Source: Candidatus Krumholzibacteriota bacterium (lineage in GTDB: Bacteria; Krumholzibacteriota; Krumholzibacteriia; LZORAL124-64-63). Taken from it: 30,172 nt of DNA. The number at the start of each line of letters is the position of its first letter. Within the stretch, counting starts at the first letter, position 1. The stretch spans positions 1 to 30,172 of the forward strand of contig JBDLKA010000036.1 in NCBI GenBank assembly GCA_039714075.1, written 5' to 3'. The translations under genes were made by a program, and so were the position numbers. Below, one piece after another: positions 8,352 through 17,780 of the stretch. The notes below the pieces were generated by a model, which was not told the DNA's origin, made no database searches, and saw only the letters and a list, made by a program, of their open reading frames with translations.

Positions 8352-8882
8352 ATGTGGAAACCCGACCTGAATCTGAAATGCCCCGCGGGCCGGCGGACCC
8401 GCCGCTGCACCCGGACCATGGCCCACCGGCGCCGCCTGGCCGGAGGACAGGTCACCCTGACGGCCCTGGGCGCCCTCTGCCTGGGGCTTCTTCTGGCCGG
8501 TTCCATTTACATATCCAATCAGACCACGGCGTTGCGCACGGAAATCGCGGTCCTTGAGGCCCGCCAGGAGTTTCTCGAGGCGGGTACCGGGCATCTGCTG
8601 ACCCGGTGGAATGCCGCCACCAGCACTGAAGTGATCATTCGCCGGGCCCGGAAGGAACTGGGCCTGGTCGTGCCGGAAGATCCCGGTCTGGTTCTGGTTT
8701 ACGAGGAAGGCGACGGGTCCGATCGCGGGTCCGGTCTCTGGCAGAAATTCCTGAGCCGGTTCGGTGGTGGCACCGCGGTCCAGGCGGCGGAGGATCAGGC
8801 CGGCCTGGTGGTTGGAACGATGGTTTCGTTGACGCCGCGTAACAGCTGGGGAACATCGGTTCCGGGGGGGGACGGGCCATGA
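8352..8882 (+). CDS. ftsL: Cell division protein FtsL-like (single TM + coiled coil); start uncertain (8352 or 8418)
   Basis: Lies between rsmH and ftsI. Basic N-terminus, one TM (LTALGALCLGLLLAGSIYI), a heptad region and IIRRARKELGLVVP. Confidence 0.75.
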   Translation: MWKPDLNLKCPAGRRTRRCTRTMAHRRRLAGGQVTLTALGALCLGLLLAGSIYISNQTTALRTEIAVLEARQEFLEAGTGHLLTRWNAATSTEVIIRRARKELGLVVPEDPGLVLVYEEGDGSDRGSGLWQKFLSRFGGGTAVQAAEDQAGLVVGTMVSLTPRNSWGTSVPGGDGP

Positions 8883-10999
8883 GCAACCGGGGTCATGACG
8901 GCCGGCGGTTCCGGACCCTGCGGATCCTGATGCTGGCGGCGGGAATCGTCCTTGCCGGTCGCATCGTTCACGTCCAGGTTTTTGAACATGAAAAGTATCG
9001 GGCCAAGGCGCTGCGCCAGTGGGAGCGTTTGATTCCCATCAAGGCGGAGCGGGGGAATCTGTACGATCGCCACGGGCAGCCCTTGGCCCTCTCTGTGACA
9101 ACCTGGCGGATCGGGGTCTCCGGTTCATCGGTGGATGACGCCGGCGCCCTGGCGGTATTGCTGTCCGACGTCCTCAAGGGCGACCGGGCCCGCATCAGGA
9201 AAAAGATTTCCCGCGCGGGAAAATCGCATGTGGTTCTGGCTTCCGAAGTCGTGCTGACGTCCGAGCAGAAGTTACGGCTGGAAAAGGATGGGCAGCAGGC
9301 GGTCACCCTGGAACCTTTGCCGTCCCGTCTTTATCCCACCGACGGGGTGGCGGCATCGCTGGTGGGGTTTCACCGGGAAGACCTCGATCAGACGGTGGCC
9401 ACGGGGCTGGAGCACAGCCTGGACGGATACCTGGCGGGGCGGGTCGGCAAGGCGCGCGAAATCAGGACGGCGAATCCCCGGAAGAACAAGGGCCGCATCG
9501 AAGTCGAAAAGGCTGTTCACGGGCAGAGCCTGACCCTGACCCTGGACACCGACCTGCAGATCATCTGCGAAGAAGAGCTTTCCCGGAGCGTCAAGGAGTG
9601 TGGGGCGGTCGGCGGTTCGGTCCTGATTCTGGATCCCGGCAACGGGGATATCCTGGCTTCGGCCAGTTGGCCCTTGCTGAACACCCGTCGCGGACGGCAT
9701 GCGGATCCGGCCATCTGGGTCAACCGCAACTTCACCTACCAGTACGAACCGGGCTCGGTTTTCAAGATCTTTTCCACGGCCTCGCTGCTGCGCAACAGTG
9801 CCATCGATACGGCCACCGTCTTCAATTGCGACAATACCAGGAGTGAAAAGATCTACGTCCGCAACGACCGGGATCATTCCTACGGCAACCTGGCCCTGAT
9901 GGACGCGTTTGCCGTTTCGAGCAACGTATTCTGGGCCAAGGCGGTGGGCAACCTGCGCAAGAGCGAACTGTACCGTGACCTGACCGACTTCGGTTTCGGC
10001 CAGCCTACGACCCTGGCCTACGACGGGCAACCGGCGGGCATCCTTCATCCGGTCACCAGGTGGTCCGGCAGGTCCATGCAGACCATCGCCATAGGGCAGG
10101 AGGTCGCGGTCACGGCCTTGCAACTGGGACTGGCCGTCTGCAGCGTGGCCAACGGCGGCACCCTGTATTCCCCGCGCATGATCAAGGATGTCCGTGACGA
10201 CCGGGGCCGGGTCATCGAGGAGATCCAACCGGTGCCATTGCGCCGGGTCATGGCGCCGCAACTGGCCGAACTGTTGCGCAACGCCATGGGCCGGGTGGTC
10301 CTGGAAGGTACGGGACAAGGGGCGGGAATGGATTGGATCACCACCGGGGGCAAGACCGGCACGGCCCAGAAAAGCGTGGACGGAAAGGGTTTTACGCCGG
10401 GAGCCTACATCGCCAGTTTCGCGGGGATGGTGCCGCTGGAGGACCCCAGGCTTGTCGTCCTGACCGTCCTGGACGAACCCAAGGGTTACCGCCACTACGC
10501 GGCCCAGAGCGCGGTGCCGCTGTTTTCCTCCATCGTCAAGGGGATACGGCGTTCCACCGATTGGCTGACCGACGTTCCCGGGGGACGCACTTCGCCGTTC
10601 ACTCCGCCGGACAAACTGGAAATGGTGGTCGTGCCCGACGTGTTGCATCTGTCGGTGACCAAGGCGGCCCAGAGACTGGGATCGGCCGGCTTCATGGTGG
10701 CCGGAGCGGAAAAAGACGGTGTGGTCATCCAGCAGATCCCCGCCGCGGGCACCCGGTGCCTGCCGGGACAGCAGGTGGAACTGGCGGTGGCCGATCCACG
10801 GGGCGGACGGGGGGCGGAAGCATCCCTGTGTCCTGATTTCACCGGACTGAGCAACCGTCAGGTGAGCAGCCTGGCGGCGCGTCTGGGCATGCCGGTCATC
10901 ATCAAGGGCGTCGGTTATGCCGTTCGCCAGAGTCTGGGGCCGGGCCGGGCCCTCGATGGTCGCCCCATCACCGTCAAGATGGAAACATCGTGGCGTTGA
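8879..10999 (+). CDS. ftsI: Class B penicillin-binding protein FtsI/PBP3 with two C-terminal PASTA domains
   Basis: N-terminal TM and RGNLYDRHG. Catalytic motifs: YEPGSVFK (SxxK), SSN and KTGTAQK. PASTA-like segments VPDVLHLS and CPDFTGLS. Confidence 0.93.
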   Translation: MSNRGHDGRRFRTLRILMLAAGIVLAGRIVHVQVFEHEKYRAKALRQWERLIPIKAERGNLYDRHGQPLALSVTTWRIGVSGSSVDDAGALAVLLSDVLKGDRARIRKKISRAGKSHVVLASEVVLTSEQKLRLEKDGQQAVTLEPLPSRLYPTDGVAASLVGFHREDLDQTVATGLEHSLDGYLAGRVGKAREIRTANPRKNKGRIEVEKAVHGQSLTLTLDTDLQIICEEELSRSVKECGAVGGSVLILDPGNGDILASASWPLLNTRRGRHADPAIWVNRNFTYQYEPGSVFKIFSTASLLRNSAIDTATVFNCDNTRSEKIYVRNDRDHSYGNLALMDAFAVSSNVFWAKAVGNLRKSELYRDLTDFGFGQPTTLAYDGQPAGILHPVTRWSGRSMQTIAIGQEVAVTALQLGLAVCSVANGGTLYSPRMIKDVRDDRGRVIEEIQPVPLRRVMAPQLAELLRNAMGRVVLEGTGQGAGMDWITTGGKTGTAQKSVDGKGFTPGAYIASFAGMVPLEDPRLVVLTVLDEPKGYRHYAAQSAVPLFSSIVKGIRRSTDWLTDVPGGRTSPFTPPDKLEMVVVPDVLHLSVTKAAQRLGSAGFMVAGAEKDGVVIQQIPAAGTRCLPGQQVELAVADPRGGRGAEASLCPDFTGLSNRQVSSLAARLGMPVIIKGVGYAVRQSLGPGRALDGRPITVKMETSWR

Positions 11000-12537
11000 C
11001 CTTCGGCAATCTTTGTTCCGGTCTTCAGTGCCGCGAGTTGACGGGCAATCAGGAAATCCGGATCGAAAACATCACTGCGGACTCGCGCCGGGCGGGCCCC
11101 GCCACCGTGTTCGTGGCGGTGCCGGGAACCGGCGGCGACGGGCATGATTACGTGGCGGATGTCGTGGCCCGCGGTTGCCGGGCCCTGGTTATCCAAACGG
11201 ACCGCCGGGAGACGGTTTCCCTTCTGTTGAAGGATTATGCCGGAGCGACGGCGGTGGTGGATCGGACCCGCCCGGTGCCCGCCCTGCTGGGCAGGATTCT
11301 CCACGGCCAGCCGGATCTCGAACTGTGGACAGCCGCGGTGACGGGAACCAACGGAAAAACCACGGTCTCGTTCCTGCTGCGTGAAATGCTGAACCGGCTG
11401 CGGGGACCCTGCGGCCTGTTGGGAACCGTGGCCTACGCGGATGGTTCGACCACCGAACCGGCCCCTTTGACCACTCCGCCAGGGACGGTGTTCTACAGTT
11501 GGCTGGCGCGCATGGTGGCCAACGGCTGCCGCAGCGTGGCCATGGAACTTTCCTCCCACGGACTCGATCAGGAAAGATGCGCCGGTCTGGGATTGGACGT
11601 GGCGATCATGACGAACATGGGCCGCGACCACCTGGACTATCACGACAGCCCGGAGGATTACCTGGCGGCCAAAGCCCTCATCATGAAGCTCCTGCGCAAA
11701 GGCGCGATCGGGGAAGGCACGGGGCGGCCGGGAGTTCTGGTGCTCAACGGCGACGACCCGCAACTGGCGGGACTGGATACATCCGGCGTGGAGACGGTGC
11801 GATTTTCCTGCCGCCCGGATCAGGAACAGGCCGACCGGGCGGATCTGCGTGTATCGGCGGCCCATCTGGAACTGGAGGGCACGAGGCTGGAACTGGACTG
11901 GCGCGGTCAGGGCCTGAAGATCAAGAGTCCCCTGGTGGGCCGTTTCAACGTGGAGAACCTGACCGCGGCCCTGGCCGGAGGTATCGCCCTGGGACTGGAT
12001 GCCGAGGCCTGCGCCGCGGCCCTGGGCGGTGTGCCGCAGGTTCCCGGACGGCTGGAGAGATTTGTCCTGCCCAACGGCGGTCTGGCCGTGGTCGATTACG
12101 CCCACACCCACGACGCGTTGGCGGCGGTACTGAGGACCTGCGACGAGTTGAAGGCCGGTCGTCTGCTGGTGGTGTTCGGTTGCGGAGGAGACCGGGACCG
12201 CGGCAAGCGCCCCTTGATGGGGCGCGTCGCGGCGCAGGAAAGCGATCTGGCCTGGATCACCTCGGACAACCCGCGCAGCGAGGAACCCGGAGGCATCTGC
12301 CGGGATATCCTGGCGGGGTTCGATGAGGTCGCCGATCCCCGGGCGCGGGCGCGGGCCATGGTGATCGACCGGCGCGAGGCCATTGAAAAGGCCTTGGCCG
12401 AAACGGGGGCGGGCGACATCCTGGTGGTGGCCGGCAAGGGTCACGAAGACTACCAGCTGATCGGCGGCCGCACGATCGACCTGGACGACCGGGTCATTAT
12501 CCGGGAATGGATGGAACGGAACCGGGACTATGGGTAG
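10990..12537 (+). CDS. murE: UDP-MurNAc-L-Ala-D-Glu--meso-DAP ligase MurE
   Basis: VTGTNGKTT, MELSSH, DHLDYH, VPGRLE, VDYAHTHD, FGCGGDRDRGKRPLMG, DNPR (the meso-DAP specificity motif) and AGKGHEDYQ. Confidence 0.97.
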   Translation: MALTFGNLCSGLQCRELTGNQEIRIENITADSRRAGPATVFVAVPGTGGDGHDYVADVVARGCRALVIQTDRRETVSLLLKDYAGATAVVDRTRPVPALLGRILHGQPDLELWTAAVTGTNGKTTVSFLLREMLNRLRGPCGLLGTVAYADGSTTEPAPLTTPPGTVFYSWLARMVANGCRSVAMELSSHGLDQERCAGLGLDVAIMTNMGRDHLDYHDSPEDYLAAKALIMKLLRKGAIGEGTGRPGVLVLNGDDPQLAGLDTSGVETVRFSCRPDQEQADRADLRVSAAHLELEGTRLELDWRGQGLKIKSPLVGRFNVENLTAALAGGIALGLDAEACAAALGGVPQVPGRLERFVLPNGGLAVVDYAHTHDALAAVLRTCDELKAGRLLVVFGCGGDRDRGKRPLMGRVAAQESDLAWITSDNPRSEEPGGICRDILAGFDEVADPRARARAMVIDRREAIEKALAETGAGDILVVAGKGHEDYQLIGGRTIDLDDRVIIREWMERNRDYG

Positions 12538-13990
12538 GGACTGGTACAGCGCCGCCCGGGCGGCCAAGGACCTGGCGGACGCCGGCCTGCTGGCCGGTAT
12601 GGTGGCGCCCGGTCCACGGGGTGTGGAATGGCACGGTCCCGATGGTCCGGCGGATGAACCCGCGGGCGGCTTTGCGGGAGCCGGACTCGATTCCCGGCAT
12701 CTGGCCGCAGGCCAGCTTTTTGCCGCGCTCAAAGGCGAACATGCCGATGGCCGCGATTACATGGCTCCGATGGTCGCCGCCGGACACTGGGTTCTGGCCG
12801 AACATTCGCCTGGCGATCCGGCGATCGATCCGGCGGGTCTCCGGGAAATGGCCCCGAACGCGGGCGTGCTGCTGACCGCCGATGCGGCCGCCGCCCTGGC
12901 CTGCCTGGCCGGCAGGTGGCGGAGCCGGTTTGATCTTCAGGTGGTCGGGGTGACCGGCACCAACGGCAAGACCACGACCAAGGACCTTTTGGCCGCGATC
13001 CTGCGGGGTGCGGGCCCCACCTGCGCCACCGCGGGCAATTTCAACAATCGCCTGGGCCTGCCCTTGACCCTGCTCGGTTTGACCGCCGCCCACCGGTTCG
13101 CCGTGATCGAGATGGGGGCTTCGGCCGTGGGAGACATCGCCCGGCTGGCACCCCTGGCCGCTCCCCGCACGGGTATCATCACCAACGCGTCACCGGCTCA
13201 TCTGGCAGAATTCGGATCCCTGGCGGACATCATCCAGGGCAAGGGTGAACTGCTGGATGTCCTGCCGGCCGACGGCTGCGCCGTTTTGAATGCCGACAGC
13301 CCGGGTTATGCGGACTGGCGCGGGCGGGCCCGTTGTCCGGTCGTGTCCTTCGGGCGAACGCAAGCCGACCATGTCTGGAACTGGCGGCCCCGGGGACCCG
13401 ACGGGCAGCCCCGGATCGAAATGGACGGCCGCCTGTGGCCGGTGCCTCTTCCGGGCGAGCACAACGGCGCCAACCTGGCGGCGGCCCTGCTGGCCGCGCG
13501 GTCGTTTGATCTGGACGACGATACCATCGGCGCCGGTCTGGAAAATTTTTCCGGCTCGCCCCATCGGGGAATCCTCCTGGAAATCGGGGGACGCCTGGTC
13601 CTGGACGACTGCTACAACGCCAACCCCGTCAGCATGGTGACGGCGAGCGCAGCGGCGGGACGATTGCCGGGGCGCGGCAGGACGATCGCCATCCTGGGAG
13701 CCATGGGCGAACTGGGAGACGACAGCGCGGCCATCCACGAACGCACGGGTCTCGACCTGGCCGACGGCCCGGTGGATGTCCTGATCGCCGTGGGTGAAAA
13801 TGCACGTCCCCTCGGGACAGGCTTTGACGCGGGCGGCGGCGTCAGTCATTATTGTGCCGACCTCGAAGAGGCCGCCCGGCTGGCGGCACTTCACACGAAG
13901 GCGGGAGACCGGCTGCTGATCAAGGGATCACGCAGTGCGGCCATGGAGGCGATTCTCCCGCTGCTGGCTGCGGCATTCCGGAAGAACTGA
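12530..13990 (+). CDS. murF: UDP-MurNAc-tripeptide--D-Ala-D-Ala ligase MurF
   Basis: VTGTNGKTTTKD, GNFNNRLGLPLT, EMGAS, DCYNANPVSM, LGAMGELG and KGSRS. Confidence 0.96.
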   Translation: MGRDWYSAARAAKDLADAGLLAGMVAPGPRGVEWHGPDGPADEPAGGFAGAGLDSRHLAAGQLFAALKGEHADGRDYMAPMVAAGHWVLAEHSPGDPAIDPAGLREMAPNAGVLLTADAAAALACLAGRWRSRFDLQVVGVTGTNGKTTTKDLLAAILRGAGPTCATAGNFNNRLGLPLTLLGLTAAHRFAVIEMGASAVGDIARLAPLAAPRTGIITNASPAHLAEFGSLADIIQGKGELLDVLPADGCAVLNADSPGYADWRGRARCPVVSFGRTQADHVWNWRPRGPDGQPRIEMDGRLWPVPLPGEHNGANLAAALLAARSFDLDDDTIGAGLENFSGSPHRGILLEIGGRLVLDDCYNANPVSMVTASAAAGRLPGRGRTIAILGAMGELGDDSAAIHERTGLDLADGPVDVLIAVGENARPLGTGFDAGGGVSHYCADLEEAARLAALHTKAGDRLLIKGSRSAAMEAILPLLAAAFRKN

Positions 13991-14003
13991 AGGCAGGGAG
14001 GCC

Positions 14004-15092
14004 ATGTTTTACCATCTGCTTTATCCGCTGAGCGACTACTGGTCCATCCTCAACGTATTCAAGTACATCACCTTTCGTTCCTCCTATGCCACGGTCACCT
14101 CGCTGCTGATCTGTTTCATATTCGGCAACTGGGTCATCGGCAAGCTGGAGGCCCTGCAGATCGGCGAGACGATAGATTCCGACGGGCCGGAACATCATCA
14201 AAAGAAATCCGGCACCCCGACCATGGGCGGGGTGCTGGTGCTGGCGGCGATCATCATTCCGACCCTGCTGTGGGCGGACCTGACCAACCGGTACGTGCAG
14301 CTGGCCCTGGTGGGTACCCTGTGGATGGGCGCCATCGGTTTCGTGGACGATTATCTGAAAGTGGTCAAGAAGCGTCCCAAGGGCATGATCGGCCGCTTCA
14401 AGCTGGTCGGGCAGATCAGCTACGGCCTGATCCTGGGCGGGGTCCTGGTTTTCGGAGGCGACGACGGGTCGGTCCTGACCAGCACCAGCGTGCCTTTCCT
14501 CAAGGATGTCCTGATCAACTGGGGCTGGCTGTATGTTCCGTTGGTCATCCTGGTGGTGACCGGGGCGAGCAACGCCGTAAACCTGGCCGACGGCCTGGAC
14601 GGACTGGCCATAGGCTTGAGCTCGCTGGCCTTCGCCGGCTTTGCCGTAATCGCCTATCTCAGCGGCCACAGCGTGTTCGCGGAATACCTGAACCTTCTTT
14701 ATCTGCCCGAGGTCGGCGAACTGACCGTCTATTGCGCCGCGGTGGTGGGGGCGGGCATCGGTTTCCTCTGGTTCAACGCCCATCCCGCGCGGATCTTCAT
14801 GGGCGACACCGGCAGCCTGGCCCTGGGCGGCGCCCTGGGCACGGTGGCCATCATGGTGAAAAAGGAATTCCTGCTCGTCGTCATCGGCGGGATTTTCGTG
14901 GCCGAGGCGTTGTCGGTCATGCTGCAGGTCACCTGGTTCCGGCGAACCGGGGGCAAGAGGCTGTTTCGCATGGCGCCCCTGCACCACCATTTCGAGTTGA
15001 CCGGGTGGTCGGAAACCCAGGTCGTGGTGCGATTCTGGATTATCGGCATCCTGTTGCTGCTGCTGGGTATGTCATCCCTGAAGCTTCAGTAG
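14004..15092 (+). CDS. mraY: Phospho-N-acetylmuramoyl-pentapeptide transferase MraY
   Basis: Starts MFYHLLY at ATG 14004 after AGGGAGG. Motifs KKSGTPTMGG, GFVDDYLK, NAVNLADGLDGL, FMGDTGS and MAPLHHHFE. Confidence 0.97.
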   Translation: MFYHLLYPLSDYWSILNVFKYITFRSSYATVTSLLICFIFGNWVIGKLEALQIGETIDSDGPEHHQKKSGTPTMGGVLVLAAIIIPTLLWADLTNRYVQLALVGTLWMGAIGFVDDYLKVVKKRPKGMIGRFKLVGQISYGLILGGVLVFGGDDGSVLTSTSVPFLKDVLINWGWLYVPLVILVVTGASNAVNLADGLDGLAIGLSSLAFAGFAVIAYLSGHSVFAEYLNLLYLPEVGELTVYCAAVVGAGIGFLWFNAHPARIFMGDTGSLALGGALGTVAIMVKKEFLLVVIGGIFVAEALSVMLQVTWFRRTGGKRLFRMAPLHHHFELTGWSETQVVVRFWIIGILLLLLGMSSLKLQ

Positions 15093-15102
15093 AGAGCGGG
15101 CC

Positions 15103-16527
15103 ATGCGCACATTCGCGGACAAAATCTGTTGGGTCGTGGGGCTGGCCCGCAGCGGCTGCGCCGCCGGCGGCCTGCTGCGCCGGCAGGGCGCGACGGTCGT
15201 GGGCATCGACGACGCCGACGAGGCGGCCGTCCGGCTCCGCTGGCGCAACGAGAACCTGGAACATCTGGCGGAATCCGGTTTCGATGAACTCGTTACCGGA
15301 GGTGGCCGGCCCGCTTCGGCGCCGGACCTGGTGGTGGTCAGTCCGGGAGTGCCGCTGGATCAGGAGCGTTTGACCGCCCTGCCGGCCGCGGTTCCGGTCA
15401 TCGGCGAGCTCGAACTGGGGGCCCGTTTCTGCCGGGCCGAAATGGTGGCCATCACCGGCACCAACGGCAAGACCACCACGACCGAACTGGTGGCCCACCT
15501 GGGGCGCCGGGCCGGGCGCCGGGCCGAGGCCCTGGGCAACGTCGGGCGGCCGCTGTGTCTGGTGGCCGAGGAACTCGAACCCGGTGATCTGGCGGTTCTG
15601 GAAGTGTCCAGCTTCCAGTTGGAGTCGGTGAAGGATTTCCAGCCCCGGGTCGGGGCGGTGCTGAACCTGGCCCCCGACCATCTGGACCGCTATCAGGATC
15701 TGGCGGGCTATTACCGGGCCAAGCAGGTTCTGGCCGATATTCTGCCTCCGGAGGGCGTGTTCGTCACCTGGACCGAATGTCCCGAGGCCCTGGGTTGGCC
15801 GACCGCCGCCCGCAGGATCCTGTTTGGAAGGGAAGACGGCGGCGCGCAGGTCTTTTACCGGGATGATTGCCTCTGGGCAGATGTCCGCGGCCGTCAGCAG
15901 CCCCTGGTGGAGGCCGGGGCGCTGGCTCTCCAGTCGCCCCCCAACCTGTTGAACGCCCTGGCCGGCGCCGCGATCGGCCTGTCTCTCGACCTGGAAGTCG
16001 AGGCGGTGTCTGCGGGGCTGTGCGATTTTCCGGGCCTGCCCCATCGCCACCAACTGGTGGCGCGGCGGGGCGGGGTAAAGTTCGTGAACGATACCAAGGC
16101 CACCAATGTCCACGCGGTCTGCGCGGGGTTGGCGGGTTTTCCCGAGCCGGTGATCCTGATTGCCGGCGGCAGCGGCAAGGGGGAGGACTACACGCCCCTG
16201 CGCCAGGTAATGGGCATGGTCCGGCATGTGGTCCTGATCGGCGAGGAAGGTCCTGCCATCGGACGCGCCCTGTCGCCGGAGGTGCCCACGAGTGTGGCGG
16301 GCTCCATGGACGAAGCCGTCGCATTCGGGGCGGAATTGGCTGGGGAATTGTTCGCGGAATTGGCTGGGGAACCGGGCGCCGGACCGGCCGCGACCGGCGA
16401 GGAAGCCGGTGTGGTGGTCCTGCTCAGCCCCGCCTGTGCCAGCTTCGACATGTTCGCCAACTACGGCAAGCGCGGCGAGGCCTTTACCGCCGCAGCGATC
16501 AAGGCCGGGGCGGACCCGGTGGAGTGA
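15103..16527 (+). CDS. murD: UDP-MurNAc-L-Ala--D-Glu ligase MurD
   Basis: GLARSG, SPGVP, ITGTNGKTTT, LEVSSFQL, DHLDRY, NDTKATN and LLSPACASFDMF. Confidence 0.97.
   Translation: MRTFADKICWVVGLARSGCAAGGLLRRQGATVVGIDDADEAAVRLRWRNENLEHLAESGFDELVTGGGRPASAPDLVVVSPGVPLDQERLTALPAAVPVIGELELGARFCRAEMVAITGTNGKTTTTELVAHLGRRAGRRAEALGNVGRPLCLVAEELEPGDLAVLEVSSFQLESVKDFQPRVGAVLNLAPDHLDRYQDLAGYYRAKQVLADILPPEGVFVTWTECPEALGWPTAARRILFGREDGGAQVFYRDDCLWADVRGRQQPLVEAGALALQSPPNLLNALAGAAIGLSLDLEVEAVSAGLCDFPGLPHRHQLVARRGGVKFVNDTKATNVHAVCAGLAGFPEPVILIAGGSGKGEDYTPLRQVMGMVRHVVLIGEEGPAIGRALSPEVPTSVAGSMDEAVAFGAELAGELFAELAGEPGAGPAATGEEAGVVVLLSPACASFDMFANYGKRGEAFTAAAIKAGADPVE
16330..16371 (+). repeat. In-frame 24-nt-period direct repeat (GCGGAATTGGCTGGGGAA x2) in murD
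   Basis: Identical 18-mers at 16330-16347 and 16354-16371, each encoding AELAGE. Confidence 0.9.
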
Positions 16528-16598
16528 CGTGAAAACCCGAGGCCCGGGCCGGAAGGGCCGGTTGGGTTCAGGAACCAACAGACCAGGGAGGGTCGTGG

Positions 16599-17780
16599 AT
16601 GAACAGACGCTTGAGAGGTTTCACGGCCAGCATGGAACACTCGGACCGCCTGCTGCTCGCGTCGGTGGGTGTTCTCCTGTTCATCGGGATATTCGTGGTC
16701 TACGGAGCCGGCAGCTACAACCGCGCGGCCCATTCCTCCCCCCTGGGACAGCACTTCATCGTCGCCAAGCACCTGTTCATGATCGGTGTGGGCCTGGTGA
16801 TGATGATCGGCCTGATGAACCTGGACTACCGCTGGTTCCGGCATCACTGGTTCAACTGGGGCGGGCTCGGCGTCACCTACGGTCTGGTGGCCTGGACCCT
16901 GCTCATCGCCCGCCACGATCCCGACGGGGACCGGATCATCAACCGCTGGGTGACCATCGCGGGGTTTTCCTTCCAGCCGGTGGAGATGGCCAAGCTGGCC
17001 ATGATCTTTTTTCTCGCCGAACGGCTGACCAACCAGGGCGCCGGCCGCAATCCGACCCCGCGGCAACTGGGCCGGGCCCTGCTCCTGGGACCGCTGCCCC
17101 TGTTGGTCCTTCTGGTCCTGCAGCCCAATTTCGGCAATGCCATGGTGATCGGCGGCGTGACCCTGGTCCTGTTGTACGTGGCCGGGGTGTCCGGGAAATG
17201 GCTGCTCAGGTTTTTGGCCGCCCTGCCGCTTCTGGCGGGCATCTGCTATCTGGCCATTCCCAAGATCCACCGCCGGGTGGACAAGCTCATCGACGGGTTC
17301 CGGGAGGGGGATTTCGGTTACCAGGTGAACCAGTCCCTGATCGGACTGGGGGGACCGGGTTGGAAGGGCGCCGGCATCGGCCAGAGCCACAATAAATTTT
17401 CCTTCCTGCCGGAATCCCACACGGACTTCGCCTTTTCGATGCTGGGCGAGGAGTGGGGCCTGTTCGGAACCCTGATGGTGGTGGCCATGTTGATCCTGTT
17501 CGCCTGGCGGGGATTCGGCATCGCCGCCCGGGCCGCCGATCCTTTCGGAAAAGTGGTGGCCGCCGGCCTGACCACGGGCATCGCCATATATGGCGTTGCC
17601 AACATCGCCATGGTTACTGGTATATTCCCCGTGGTGGGGGTGCCCCTGCCTTTTGTCAGCTTTGGCGGGACGGCCATGATCGCGGCCCTGGCCTCGGTCG
17701 GCATCCTGTTGAATATCGAACGCGGCAGCCGTTCCTATCAGGTCTGGAAACGGCGCTGGGACCGGAGTGGAACCGCATGA
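16599..17780 (+). CDS. ftsW: SEDS peptidoglycan glycosyltransferase FtsW
   Basis: Multi-TM protein with RW...FSFQPVEMAK, LQPNFG, YQVNQSLI, FLPESHTDF, GEEWG and PLPFVSFGG. Lies between murD and murG. Confidence 0.95.
   Translation: MNRRLRGFTASMEHSDRLLLASVGVLLFIGIFVVYGAGSYNRAAHSSPLGQHFIVAKHLFMIGVGLVMMIGLMNLDYRWFRHHWFNWGGLGVTYGLVAWTLLIARHDPDGDRIINRWVTIAGFSFQPVEMAKLAMIFFLAERLTNQGAGRNPTPRQLGRALLLGPLPLLVLLVLQPNFGNAMVIGGVTLVLLYVAGVSGKWLLRFLAALPLLAGICYLAIPKIHRRVDKLIDGFREGDFGYQVNQSLIGLGGPGWKGAGIGQSHNKFSFLPESHTDFAFSMLGEEWGLFGTLMVVAMLILFAWRGFGIAARAADPFGKVVAAGLTTGIAIYGVANIAMVTGIFPVVGVPLPFVSFGGTAMIAALASVGILLNIERGSRSYQVWKRRWDRSGTA

Noticed and set aside
10978..10989. GATG-GAAA-CATC hairpin before the murE GTG as another CsrA-type site
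   Set aside because: It is a GAAA tetraloop with the GGA partly in the stem, not an ANGGAN hexaloop, and it lies in coding sequence.
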